Position numbers and translations under genes: made by a program. From Anaerolineales bacterium (GTDB lineage: Bacteria; Chloroflexota; Anaerolineae; Anaerolineales; UBA11858): DNA of 64,000 nucleotides. The notes below the pieces were generated by a model. The model had not been told where the DNA came from. It worked only from the letters and a program-made list of their open reading frames with translations, and did no database searches. Shown piece by piece: positions 1-9,217 of this stretch. Each line of letters opens with the position of its first letter. The first letter of the stretch is position 1. Location of the stretch: positions 29,237 to 93,236 of the forward strand of contig JANQED010000138.1 of assembly GCA_028278545.1 (NCBI GenBank). The letters run 5' to 3'.

Positions 1-1541
1 GACTCAAGGTAGTCAGATGATTCAAAACAGGCAATAAAATCCAGACGGCCCGTTTCCAGTTCCGCGGACCAAATGCATTTTCCAGAGATATAGGTCAGGC
101 CTTTACCATCTGGCATCCAGGCAAGATCAGTTTTGATCGCGCCATCATTCGTCAATTGCTGCAAATCGCTGCCATCGACGTTCATGACCCAGATGTTGTT
201 ATCATTGATGAAGGCAATTTTGTCGGCACCGCCCAGCGTAAGCGCCTCTGGGGTGCTGGTAGCTGTGGCCTCGGGTGTATCTGTGGGGGGCGCTTCGGTA
301 TTTGTAGGGAGTTCTACGGTCGGTGCTGCCGTATCAGCAACACTGACTACCGCCTCTTCAGGCGTATTGGTGATGCCCGACTCCGACGGATCGGAAGGCT
401 GCAATATCGCGGCGGTTGATGTGGGCGGAGCAAGCGCCGCGGCAAGAGGGCCTCTGCCCTGGTAACCCATGAACGCCACTACAAGTACGATCACAGCCCC
501 AATCCCCAACAGGATAAAGCCGCCAATTGCGAAAGGCAACCAGCTCCTTTTGGGCTTTTCCGACAGGGGTGTCGGGGGAGGCGGCGGTGTCTGCTGGGGC
601 GGGGCAACAGCCTGTTGAGGTGCATAATCCTGTGGAACAGGGGGCTGTTGGGCCAACCGCGTGCCGGGCTCCTGGACGGCCGTCGTATCAGCCGATGCGA
701 GCGCGTGATGCGATCTGCCCTGTGCTGCCGATTGCAGGGCCTCACCCATTTCCTTCGCGGTAGCAAAACGGTCATCGGGGTCTTTTGCCAACGCCTTCAG
801 AAGCCATTGTCCCAACTCCGGCGGTATCTCAGGCATGATCAGAGCAAGATCAGGCACTGGCTCAAGGATGTGCTTCATCATCACTTTTGCCGGGGTGGTG
901 TCCTGATAGGGCGTATCCCCAACGAGCATTTGGTAAAAGATGATCCCTAAAGAATACAGGTCGCTGCGGCCATCTAATTCCTTCTCACCCTGGACCTGTT
1001 CAGGGCTCATATAGGCAGGTGTGCCAATGATGTTTTCACCCGTGAGCGTGTGGCTGCCATGCGTCAACCGGGCAATGCCAAAATCAGATAGATAAGCGTT
1101 ATCATACTGATCGAAGAGGATATTCCCAGGCTTCATATCACGGTGGATAATTCCTTTTCTGTGAGCGGCTTCTAGTCCAGAAGCCAAGCGTTCCGTGATC
1201 TTGGCGGCTTCCTGGAATGACAAGTTCCCGTCTCGGAGCTTGCCCGCCAAGTCCCCGCCTGACATCATGCGCATCACAATATAGGGCTGACCATCTTCCT
1301 CGCCAAAATCATATACCGGGACTATCGCGGCATGCTCCAACGCAGCGACGGTCTTGGCTTCCCGTTCGAAACGCGCTCGGAACTGCGGGTCATGCAAAAA
1401 AGCACGGGGAAGCACCTTGATAGCGACATCCCGTTCGAAGTTGGGGTCGTAGGCATGGTAAACGGTAGCCATCCCGCCACGACCGAGTTCACTTTTTATT
1501 TGGTAGCGACCAATCTTTTCAAGGGACATATCGTCTTCCAT
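1..1541 (-). CDS. Ser/Thr protein kinase (Hanks type): kinase domain, Pro-rich linker, single TM, extracytoplasmic PD40/TolB-like beta-propeller repeats; C-terminal end runs off the window
   Basis: My own minus-strand translation (open to position 1, so absent from the ORF track): MEDDMSLEKIGRYQIKSELGRGGMATVYHAYD, HRDMKPGNIL, DFGIA, GTPAYMSPEQ. TM segment WLPFAIGGFILLGIGAVIVLVVAF. C-terminal ADKIAFINDNNIWVMNVDGSDLQQLTNDG. Confidence 0.9.
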   Translation of the reverse strand, partial: MEDDMSLEKIGRYQIKSELGRGGMATVYHAYDPNFERDVAIKVLPRAFLHDPQFRARFEREAKTVAALEHAAIVPVYDFGEEDGQPYIVMRMMSGGDLAGKLRDGNLSFQEAAKITERLASGLEAAHRKGIIHRDMKPGNILFDQYDNAYLSDFGIARLTHGSHTLTGENIIGTPAYMSPEQVQGEKELDGRSDLYSLGIIFYQMLVGDTPYQDTTPAKVMMKHILEPVPDLALIMPEIPPELGQWLLKALAKDPDDRFATAKEMGEALQSAAQGRSHHALASADTTAVQEPGTRLAQQPPVPQDYAPQQAVAPPQQTPPPPPTPLSEKPKRSWLPFAIGGFILLGIGAVIVLVVAFMGYQGRGPLAAALAPPTSTAAILQPSDPSESGITNTPEEAVVSVADTAAPTVELPTNTEAPPTDTPEATATSTPEALTLGGADKIAFINDNNIWVMNVDGSDLQQLTNDGAIKTDLAWMPDGKGLTYISGKCIWSAELETGRLDFIACFESSDYLE

Positions 1542-1775
1542 CTCCGGCAATGTCTAGGGCTGAGGAAGTATTTTCCAGCGTTTGGATTATACATCAGTTT
1601 TTCTTCAAGAAAGGTGAGGCCTCGCCCTTTTTACGATCATCAGCGAGAGTGCATCCCATACAAAGATTGAATCTGGGTGTCCCAGCTACACGCGCATTTG
1701 GAAGATTGATCCCGGCTAGAGAAAAGGGTATCATTACCAAACCATTCCACGCCAGTCATCCCATGGAAAAGACTT

Positions 1776-2681
1776 ATGGACGTAATTGTCTTTGGCAATG
1801 TCACCCTTGATGTCATATGCTATCCCGTCAATGAAGTCCCCCGGCGGGAATCGATCTCCTTCGAGCAGGTCTCCGTTTCGCCGGGCGGCTGCGCCTCCAA
1901 CGTCGCCATCGGGCTGACGACCCTGGGTGTCCCAACCGCATTGGTGGCCCAAACCGGAGATGACGACTCCGCCGACCTGCTGCATCAATATTGGGAAAGA
2001 GTCGGGGTGGAGACGCGTTTCGTACAGCGCGCCCAAAGTGCGCCTACCGCCGTCAGCGTCGGCCTGGTGGATAGCGATTACCAGCCGCGTTTTGTGCACA
2101 CACCGGGAGCTAACGGCACGCTGGACGCTGAGGCCCTCGATCTTCCCACCCTGGCCGCGGCCGGGGCGCGCTTCCTGCATGTAGCCGGATTTTTCGTATT
2201 GCCCAGCCTGCTCGATGACCGCCTCTCTCGCAAATTGGCCCAGACACAAGGTCTGGGGCTACGCACATCTTTGGACGTGGTTTTCAACGTACGCATGGAT
2301 GACCCCGAATTACGCGCTTCGTTGTGGCAGGCCATGCCCTACCTCGACTGTTTTATGTGCAATGCTTACGAAGCCTTTCGCATGACCGATCTGCGCGACC
2401 CAGAGCAGGCCGCTCGCGCCCTGAAAGAACACGGCGCTGCCAACGTGATCGTCAAACTTGGGGAAAAGGGGTGCTTGATCGAGGGGGATGCTTTTCGCGG
2501 GCGGATTCCCGCTCCCAAAGTGGATGTGGTGGACACCACTGGCGCCGGAGATGCCTTCGCGGCCGGTTTTATCGCGGCCCTGTGCCGCGGTGAAGGCTTC
2601 ACCAGGGCCATCGAAGCCGGGAATCAGGCCGGGGGGCGTGTTGTGGGGGAATTAGGGGCAATCCAAGCCTGGCTGGAATAG
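1776..2681 (+). CDS. PfkB-family carbohydrate kinase (ribokinase-like)
   Basis: 301 aa. C-terminal DTTGAGDAF motif and an N-terminal GG-containing sugar-binding region typical of the PfkB family. Confidence 0.85.
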   Translation: MDVIVFGNVTLDVICYPVNEVPRRESISFEQVSVSPGGCASNVAIGLTTLGVPTALVAQTGDDDSADLLHQYWERVGVETRFVQRAQSAPTAVSVGLVDSDYQPRFVHTPGANGTLDAEALDLPTLAAAGARFLHVAGFFVLPSLLDDRLSRKLAQTQGLGLRTSLDVVFNVRMDDPELRASLWQAMPYLDCFMCNAYEAFRMTDLRDPEQAARALKEHGAANVIVKLGEKGCLIEGDAFRGRIPAPKVDVVDTTGAGDAFAAGFIAALCRGEGFTRAIEAGNQAGGRVVGELGAIQAWLE

Positions 2682-2688
2682 CCGCCAA

Positions 2689-3363
2689 CTACCAATGAAT
2701 GAAATAATCCGGCTCCTCGGGCTTAGCGAAGACTTTCGCCAGCACTACGCCGGCGACAAAGCCACCGATATGCGCCCAGAAGGCCACGCCGCCCACATCC
2801 GGACCGCCCAGGGAAATCACACCTGAGAAGAACTGCAATACAAACCACAACCCCAGCACCAGGGCCGCCGGCAGCATGGACAGACGAATGAAGAACCCCA
2901 GCGGTATCAATGTCAACACCCGGCTCTGAGGATAAAGCACCAGATAAGCGCCCAAAACCGCGCCGATAGCCCCGCTGGCACCCACTGTAGGGATCTGTGA
3001 TGCGGGGTTGGTGAAAATATGGGCCAGTGAAGCCACTGTGCCCCCGATGAGATAAAAAATGAGATAGCGTCCGCGCCCCATGCGGTCTTCGACGTTGTCG
3101 CCGAAAATCCATAAGTAGAGCATATTGCCGCCGATGTGCGCCAGACCGGCATGCATGAACATGCTGGTGAAGATATCGGTGATATCACCGAGGCTGATGC
3201 CGCTGGTGAACTGGAAAGGGATCAGGGCGAACTCGTACACCAAAGCCTGTTCCTCGGCACCCAACATACTCTGAAACAAATAAACCAGCACGTTCACGGC
3301 GATCAAAACGTAATTAACGATGGGCACCCTGCGGGTGGGGATTTCATCGCGCAGAGGGATCAT
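2689..3363 (-). CDS. Rhomboid-family intramembrane serine protease
   Basis: 224 aa, polytopic. GASGAIGAVLGAY (catalytic Ser in GxSG) and HIGGFVAG (catalytic His). Confidence 0.85.
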   Translation of the reverse strand: MIPLRDEIPTRRVPIVNYVLIAVNVLVYLFQSMLGAEEQALVYEFALIPFQFTSGISLGDITDIFTSMFMHAGLAHIGGNMLYLWIFGDNVEDRMGRGRYLIFYLIGGTVASLAHIFTNPASQIPTVGASGAIGAVLGAYLVLYPQSRVLTLIPLGFFIRLSMLPAALVLGLWFVLQFFSGVISLGGPDVGGVAFWAHIGGFVAGVVLAKVFAKPEEPDYFIHW

Positions 3364-3388
3364 GATTCACTCCTACCATTACTAAAGA

Positions 3389-3991
3389 CTACACCTGAGG
3401 ATTCTCCCTTACCAGGTAAATACCCGGCAGGCTGACCAACGTAGTCAATCCCTTGATGATCACATTGCTGACGAAAATCGACCAAACCACAGCATTTGGC
3501 AGCACCCCTCCAAAAGCCAGCCAGCTAAAGAGCAGGCTGTCCAGAGGGATGCTGAAAGCGTTGCTCACCAACACGCGCGCCCATTGATAATCGCGGGTGA
3601 CTCTTTCGACCCACAAACGGTAGCCTTCGGTGTCGACCATTTCCGCGATCACCTCAGCCACAATCGAGGCGAATACGATCCGCCACACGGGAGAGAGCAC
3701 CAGCCCAAACTCGGCTTGAGGGCCAACGGCCAGGTCCGGGGGCAGGATAGATGTCAACCAGAACAAGCCAGCCATGAGCAGGTTGAGCACCGCAGCGCTA
3801 ACGATCAACACCCTGGCGGCCTTAATGCCTGCCGTCTTGTGTACTAAATCCCGTAAAGTGAAAGTAAAAGGGTAGACAAACGTGCCCGCATCGATGGAAA
3901 ACCCGGCGATCATCACAATCCGCAGGCTGGCGACATCGGCCATCATTTGGAAGGCAATATACGCTGCGGATACGATCACTGCTGCTGTCAT
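3389..3991 (-). CDS. Queuosine-precursor transporter-like membrane protein (YhhQ/DUF165, VUT family)
   Basis: 200 aa, about 6 TM. VYPFTFTLRDLVHK block characteristic of the YhhQ family. Confidence 0.6.
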   Translation of the reverse strand: MTAAVIVSAAYIAFQMMADVASLRIVMIAGFSIDAGTFVYPFTFTLRDLVHKTAGIKAARVLIVSAAVLNLLMAGLFWLTSILPPDLAVGPQAEFGLVLSPVWRIVFASIVAEVIAEMVDTEGYRLWVERVTRDYQWARVLVSNAFSIPLDSLLFSWLAFGGVLPNAVVWSIFVSNVIIKGLTTLVSLPGIYLVRENPQV

Positions 3992-4009
3992 TAACGCTTC
4001 CGATATGGC

Positions 4010-4942
4010 CTATGGGTGCGCGAAGACCAGCCGCCAGCCGCCCCAGTAGCGCTCACCCTGATCGTCGGTACACTCCGGCACGAATAAATCCACCGCCTCA
4101 CCCCCCTCGCCGATGTGCAGCGTGTAGCTGATCCCCGTTGTCATGGTGTAATCGGCATACCCCCAACCCATCTCAGGCTTCAATCCGGTGAAGAAGTGCT
4201 CCTCCTGGTTGTCCCAATGGATGATGATCTCCACCCCTGGGATGCCCTCCCCGGCCGCGTTCTGCACGATGATCTGAATCACCGCAACCCCCAGCTCAGG
4301 CTCACAAACCAAGGCCTGCTCTTGCAGCACAAAGGGCGGCGCCAACGTGGGCGTAAGTGTGCGGGTGGGAAGCGGTGTGAAGGTCAGGAAAGGTGTAGGG
4401 GTCAGGGTGGACGTCGGCGAGGCAACAGACGCATCAGTGGGCTGGCCTTCCTCGTCCTCCTCGGGAGTGATCGTCTCGTTTGGGGTCTGTTCTGTCTCCG
4501 AGGGAGTGGGCTCGACCTCCTGCGTGGCAGTGGCCGTATCTTCAGGGATAGGGGTATCCGAGGGGAGCAGCGAGGCCGTAGCTGTGAACGACGCCGGCGC
4601 GGGGACTTCCCCTAGAGCAGCCGATAGCTGGGCCAGCGCCAGGGCCGCCTGGTAAGAAAACCCTTCCGCCAGATACCGCTGACTCTGGGCCGCCAGTACG
4701 CCGGCAGGGTCCCCCTCATTCAATAGAGCCAGGCGAGCCTTGGCACGGGTAAGGTCTTCGGTAGCTAAATAGGCCGAGGCAATTGCCGCCCGGTAGGCGT
4801 CCTTATAATCAGCCCTTAAGGCATCCGGGTGCGTATTGGTGTATTCAGCCGGCGAGACCACCCAGGCAAACAGCAACCCCACAATAAAACCCAGGATCAC
4901 GCCGGTCAGCAAGTACCAGGGGCCGCGCGTCTCACGGGTCAT
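4010..4942 (-). CDS. Hypothetical N-terminally membrane-anchored protein with a Thr/Pro/Glu-rich linker and a C-terminal globular domain
   Basis: 310 aa. TM helix WYLLTGVILGFIVGLLFAWVV. Low-complexity PTPSETEQTPNETITPEEDEE...TPTPFLTFTPLPTRTLTPT. N-terminal domain is paralogous to the upstream gene. 4-nt ATGA overlap with that gene. Confidence 0.6.
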   Translation of the reverse strand: MTRETRGPWYLLTGVILGFIVGLLFAWVVSPAEYTNTHPDALRADYKDAYRAAIASAYLATEDLTRAKARLALLNEGDPAGVLAAQSQRYLAEGFSYQAALALAQLSAALGEVPAPASFTATASLLPSDTPIPEDTATATQEVEPTPSETEQTPNETITPEEDEEGQPTDASVASPTSTLTPTPFLTFTPLPTRTLTPTLAPPFVLQEQALVCEPELGVAVIQIIVQNAAGEGIPGVEIIIHWDNQEEHFFTGLKPEMGWGYADYTMTTGISYTLHIGEGGEAVDLFVPECTDDQGERYWGGWRLVFAHP

Positions 4943-5295
4943 GGCGTTACTCCCTGCGGGTCTACTGACAGGGTGGCGATCCCTTCGTAGAGCAACACTA
5001 ACTTAGCCTGATCCGATTGGGAGTAACCCACCTCCCTGGCAAAGTCGATCACCTCTCCAATGATCGTCAGCGCATCCCTCTCCCCCAAGAAAGCCAGCCG
5101 CCCCACCGCCAGGGCCAGATCACGTTCAAGCTGGTAGGCCTCAGCCACCATGAGTACATAATCCGCCCGATAATCCTGGCGCAGGCTGTCGGGCGTGGTA
5201 TCGGTATAATCCACTGGATCGATCACCCAGCCATAAAACAGACCGAGGCCGATACCGACAATAATGGCGATGATGAAACCAATCCAGCGAGACAT
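4939..5295 (-). CDS. Hypothetical membrane-anchored protein, paralogue of the N-terminal domain of 4010..4942
   Basis: 118 aa. TM helix followed by WVIDPVDYTDTTPDSLRQDYRADY, compared with WVVSPAEYTNTHPDALRADYKDAY in the neighbour. Confidence 0.6.
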   Translation of the reverse strand: MSRWIGFIIAIIVGIGLGLFYGWVIDPVDYTDTTPDSLRQDYRADYVLMVAEAYQLERDLALAVGRLAFLGERDALTIIGEVIDFAREVGYSQSDQAKLVLLYEGIATLSVDPQGVTP

Positions 5296-5441
5296 GAGGA
5301 GTGCGAGTTAGGAGTTAAGAGTTAGGAATTAAGGGTTATTGTGCCATAGAGGTGGTGAAAGGACAAGTTAGGGGGGAAATCATCCATGAACACATCAAGA
5401 ATCACTGAGAACATTTAGCGTGTTCAGGTAAATCCGTTTGC

Positions 5442-6560
5442 CTAAAGCAGTTCTCCCAGAGCCGCCAGCAGCAGAGTCACGTTCTCACGGCGAGCGCTGA
5501 AGCCCATCAAGCCGATGCGCCAAATCTGCCCGGCCAGGGGGCCAAAACCGCCAGCGATCTCGATGTTGTAATCGTCCAACAACCGGCGGCGGATGGCAGC
5601 TTCATCTATGCCGTCAGGGAGCTGCGGCGTGGTCAGCGAAGCCATGCGGTACTCCTCTGGAACGCGCGGCGGCAGCCCCAGGTTCTCCAGGCCAGCCCAT
5701 AGGGCTTCGGCAACCGACCGATGCCGCTTCCAGCGGGCCTCGATGCCCTCCTCAGCCCCCAAACGCAGCGCCTCACGTAAGGCATAGAACATATTGATCG
5801 GCCCGGTATGGTGGTATTTGTGCGGCTCCAGCCAATACTGCGACAGTCCCTGGATATCCAGATACCAGTTGGTGACGCGGCTTTGGCGCTGTCCAAAGAC
5901 TTCCATAGCACGGGCGTTGGCCGTGAAAGGCGCCAGCCCTGGCGGTGCGGACAGACATTTCTGCGATCCGCTGTAGCAGATATCGACATCCCAGCCATCC
6001 ACATCGACGGGCACCCCCCCCAGAGAGGCAACCGTATCCAATACCAGCAGCGCGCCGTGACGGTGAACGACTTCAGCGATCTCAGCTACGCGCGTCTGCA
6101 CGGTGCCAGTCGAGGTTTCGCCATGAACCAGGGTCACCAATCGATAGCCGCCGCCCTTGAGCGCGGCATCAAAATCCTCAGGAGTGAAGATCTCCCCCCA
6201 GGGGCGCTCGAGACGCTCCACCTGAGCGCCGTACCGCGAGGCCATATCGGCGAGGCGCTTTCCAAAGAAACCATTGACAGCCGTAAGCACGCGGTCGCCA
6301 GGCTCGACGAAATTGGCGATGGCTGTCTCCATCCCAGCAGTTCCCGTCCCCGATATGGGGATGGTAAACTCATTCTCCGTCTTGAAGGTATAGCGCAACA
6401 ACTCCTTCAGGTCGGCCATCACCGCCAAGATCTCGGGGTCAAGATACCCTACTGGGGGGTGGGCCAGGGCGCGCAAAACGCGCGGCGATACCATGCTCGG
6501 CCCAGGGCCTAACAAGATACGAAAGGGGAGATTCAAATCTTTGAATCGAGAGGGTTCCAT
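5442..6560 (-). CDS. Class V PLP-dependent aminotransferase (serine-pyruvate / alanine-glyoxylate aminotransferase-like)
   Basis: SGSQKCL PLP-lysine motif and N-terminal LLGPGPSMV. Start moved from 6671 to ATG 6560, which is preceded by AGGAGA. Confidence 0.85.
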   Translation of the reverse strand: MEPSRFKDLNLPFRILLGPGPSMVSPRVLRALAHPPVGYLDPEILAVMADLKELLRYTFKTENEFTIPISGTGTAGMETAIANFVEPGDRVLTAVNGFFGKRLADMASRYGAQVERLERPWGEIFTPEDFDAALKGGGYRLVTLVHGETSTGTVQTRVAEIAEVVHRHGALLVLDTVASLGGVPVDVDGWDVDICYSGSQKCLSAPPGLAPFTANARAMEVFGQRQSRVTNWYLDIQGLSQYWLEPHKYHHTGPINMFYALREALRLGAEEGIEARWKRHRSVAEALWAGLENLGLPPRVPEEYRMASLTTPQLPDGIDEAAIRRRLLDDYNIEIAGGFGPLAGQIWRIGLMGFSARRENVTLLLAALGELL

Positions 6561-6879
6561 ACCATATCTCCTAAGGGCGTCAACGAAGTCTCTATGACAC
6601 AAAGTGTACCCCAATTTTATGTCGCGAGCAGGGGGGAATTCCCAACTTTCAACAGTCAACTGTTCTTTCAATCCGCTACAGCCAGCGAAAAATTCGCTTT
6701 GCGATTCTGCGTCTTTGCGTGAGACCAGCTTTTGTTCAAGCTTCTAGTGATGGGTACAGTTCTTACAACAAATTTTGGAAGTCAGCGTAAAGATGCTTTC
6801 ATCTACTGGCAGGATAGCAACTTCATTAATATAGTGATATGATTTTATGCAATCAGGTTCTCGAACAGGATCAGAAAAG

Positions 6880-7020
6880 ATGAACGAAAACAAGATCGTC
6901 ATTCTGACAGATAGCTCCACCCACATCCCCGAAAGCATCAGAAAAGGGCTAAATATCTCCGTGATCCCCGTCTGGCTGCATTGGGATAACGACCGCTTCC
7001 GTGATGGCGTGGATATCGAT
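6880..7020 (+). pseudogene. Truncated remnant of a DegV-family (fatty-acid-binding) gene; only about the first 45 codons are recognisable
   Basis: MNENKIVILTDSSTHIPESIRKGLNISVIPVWLHWDNDRFRDGVDI matches the DegV N-terminus (xIxIVTDSxxDlP...I.VvPL.v.f.....rDGvDI). Similarity ends there, and the remainder of ORF 6847..7263 is lower-GC filler. Confidence 0.5.
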
Positions 7021-7149
7021 TGGCCGCTCAGCGGATCGGGGCATTCAGTGTCACTTTTTTTGGTTTTAAGTGAAGAGAAATCCACGCCAGGAGGGTGGTT
7101 TCCCCACGAAAAATCGTACAATATGGGGAAAAATTTACAAGTATCCAGC

Positions 7150-7178
7150 TTGATTCTGCATCCAAAATACTATACAAT
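7150..7178 (+). promoter_or_regulatory. Candidate sigma-70-type promoter for spoVS
   Basis: TTGATT (7150-7155), 17-nt spacer, TACAAT (7173-7178), about 40 nt upstream of the spoVS ATG. Confidence 0.4.
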
Positions 7179-7219
7179 AACATCAAGTGACCTAATCACG
7201 GTGGAACAAAGGAATCACA

Positions 7220-7510
7220 ATGGAAACAGTGAACAGCGATACCGGTCACATCGATACAATTAAAGTCGCAGCGAACTCACGAACGTCCGCTGTGGCGGGC
7301 GCGATTGCAGGTGTCTTTCGTGAGCACCAGCGCGCCGAAGTACAGGCAATTGGGGCCAGCGCAGTCAACCAAGCCGTAAAAGCTCTAGCACTCGCCAAAG
7401 GATATCTAGAAGAAGACGGCTTCAACATCGTGTGCATTCCCTACTTTGTCGATGTTGAAATCGATGGCAAAGTGCGCACAGCGATCCGTTTTACTGTCGA
7501 ACCCCATTGA
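7220..7510 (+). CDS. spoVS: SpoVS-family protein (stage V sporulation protein S homologue)
   Basis: 96 aa. IKVAANSRTSAVAGAIAGVFREHQRAEVQAIGASAVNQAVKALALAKGYL...IVCIPYFVDVEIDGKVRTAIRFTVEP is collinear with Bacillus SpoVS. Confidence 0.85.
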   Translation: METVNSDTGHIDTIKVAANSRTSAVAGAIAGVFREHQRAEVQAIGASAVNQAVKALALAKGYLEEDGFNIVCIPYFVDVEIDGKVRTAIRFTVEPH

Positions 7511-7580
7511 CGCCCTAAACACCGAGCAGTTTTATCCCACACTGTAGGGGGTCTTTACGCGTGCAAACAGCCCTCCCGAA

Positions 7581-7609
7581 TTGCGAGTGCTATCGCGGCA
7601 TGGTAGAAT
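7581..7609 (+). promoter_or_regulatory. Candidate promoter for pdxS-pdxT
   Basis: TTGCGA (7581-7586), 17-nt spacer containing TGg, TAGAAT (7604-7609). Confidence 0.4.
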
Positions 7610-7671
7610 CACCCTTGCCTTGGAAAATGCACCAGGGTATTTAACCGATATCTATATCTGAGGAAGAAAAA

Positions 7672-8559
7672 ATGGAAAAACAAGTTGGTACATTTGCAGT
7701 CAAAAAAGGACTGGCTCAGATGCTCAAAGGTGGGGTAATTATGGATGTGGTCACTGCCGAACATGCTCGCATCGCTGAGGATGCCGGCGCAGTGGCCGTA
7801 ATGGCATTAGAACGCGTCCCCGCAGATATTCGTGCCCATGGCGGCGTGGCCCGAATGAGTGATCCCGGGCTGATCGAGGAGATCATGGAAGCCGTCTCTA
7901 TCCCTGTAATGGCCAAAGTGCGCATTGGTCACTTTGTCGAGGCGCAGATTCTCGAATCGCTCGGTGTGGACTATGTAGACGAATCCGAGGTGCTCACCCC
8001 AGCCGATGAAGAACACCACATTAACAAACACGACTTCAAGATCCCCTTTGTGTGTGGCTGCCGGAATTTGGGCGAGGCTTTGCGCCGCATTGGGGAGGGC
8101 GCGGCTATGATCCGCACGAAAGGCGAAGCTGGCACAGGCGATGTCGTCGAAGCCGTGCGCCACGCCCGCGCCGTTCTGGGCGAAATCCGTCGTTTACAGA
8201 ACATGCCCGATGAGGAATTGATGGCTTACGCCAAGAACATCGGTGCACCCTATGAGATCGTCAGGGAAACCAAGGAACTGGGCCGTCTGCCGGTGGTCAA
8301 CTTCGCCGCCGGCGGTATTGCCACCCCTGCGGATGCAGCGTTAATGATGCAGTTAGGCGTCGATGGGAACTTCGTCGGTTCGGGAATCTTCAAGTCTGGT
8401 GATCCCGCCCGGCGGGCTGCTGCCATCGTCAAGGCCACCACCCATTTCAACGATCCTGATATCCTGGCCGAGGTCAGCCGTAACCTGGGTGAGCCCATGG
8501 TGGGCCGTCAGGTGACGGATATCCCCGAAATGGAATTGATCGCCCAGCGAGGATGGTAG
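7672..8559 (+). CDS. pdxS: Pyridoxal 5'-phosphate synthase, lyase subunit PdxS
   Basis: 295 aa. [21 protein letters not shown], highly conserved PdxS/SNZ sequence. Confidence 0.97.
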   Translation: MEKQVGTFAVKKGLAQMLKGGVIMDVVTAEHARIAEDAGAVAVMALERVPADIRAHGGVARMSDPGLIEEIMEAVSIPVMAKVRIGHFVEAQILESLGVDYVDESEVLTPADEEHHINKHDFKIPFVCGCRNLGEALRRIGEGAAMIRTKGEAGTGDVVEAVRHARAVLGEIRRLQNMPDEELMAYAKNIGAPYEIVRETKELGRLPVVNFAAGGIATPADAALMMQLGVDGNFVGSGIFKSGDPARRAAAIVKATTHFNDPDILAEVSRNLGEPMVGRQVTDIPEMELIAQRGW

Positions 8560-8570
8560 TTTCGACTGGA

Positions 8571-8607
8571 GACGGAAGACCGCGGCGGCACAAATCCGTC
8601 TTCCGTC
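8571..8607 (+). other. Perfect 10-bp stem hairpin in the pdxS-pdxT intergenic spacer
   Basis: GACGGAAGAC (8571-8580) and GTCTTCCGTC (8598-8607) with a 17-nt loop. No U-tract follows. Confidence 0.6.
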
Positions 8608-8627
8608 CACGATCTTCGGTCAACAGT

Positions 8628-9212
8628 ATGAAAGTAGGAGTCCTCGCCCTACAAGGCGACTTTGTCGAACACGTTCATGCACTGCGTCGCATCGGCGTGG
8701 AGGCCAGCGAGGTTCGCCTCCCTGGACAGTTGGGCGTACTCGATGGATTGATCATCCCCGGCGGCGAATCGACCACGATTGGCAAACTGGCTATCGACTA
8801 TGAGATGATGGAGCCGCTGCGCGCCTTTGGGCGCGAAAAAGCCATCTGGGGAACCTGCGCGGGGGCAATCTTCCTTTCCAAGGATGCCCGCCGGAAGCAG
8901 CCCTTACTAGAGTTAATGGATATCACCGTGGAACGTAACGCCTTCGGGCGTCAAGTAGACAGCTTCGAGGTCGATCTGAACGTCCCGGCCCTGGAAAGCG
9001 TTGATCCAAGCGGGTCGCCCTACCACGCGGTCTTCATTCGCGCCCCCCTGATCGAAACCGTCCAGGAGGACGCCCAAAGCCTGGCGACTCTCTCGGATGG
9101 GCGCATCGTTGCGGCCAGTCAAGGCCATTGGCTGGCGACGGTTTTTCACCCCGAACTGACCTCCGACGACCGCTTCCATCGATATTTCCTCGAGATGATC
9201 CGCACGAACTGA
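8628..9212 (+). CDS. pdxT: Pyridoxal 5'-phosphate synthase, glutaminase subunit PdxT
   Basis: MKVGVLALQGDF..., IIPGGESTT, GTCAG (catalytic Cys). Start moved from 8553 to ATG 8628 to match the canonical PdxT N-terminus. Confidence 0.93.
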   Translation: MKVGVLALQGDFVEHVHALRRIGVEASEVRLPGQLGVLDGLIIPGGESTTIGKLAIDYEMMEPLRAFGREKAIWGTCAGAIFLSKDARRKQPLLELMDITVERNAFGRQVDSFEVDLNVPALESVDPSGSPYHAVFIRAPLIETVQEDAQSLATLSDGRIVAASQGHWLATVFHPELTSDDRFHRYFLEMIRTN

Positions 9213-9217
9213 AATCT

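Noticed and set aside
5808-6512. 234-aa plus-strand ORF and several smaller ORFs antisense to the class V aminotransferase gene
   Set aside because: These are shadow ORFs of a confidently assigned gene, with no RBS and no motifs.
6744-7121. 125-aa minus-strand ORF in the decayed DegV region
   Set aside because: It has no RBS, no homology signal and odd composition. The region is better explained as a gene remnant plus the spoVS promoter.
7220-7510. SpoVS taken as evidence that the organism forms endospores
   Set aside because: SpoVS homologues are widespread outside sporulating Firmicutes, and the window contains no other sporulation machinery.
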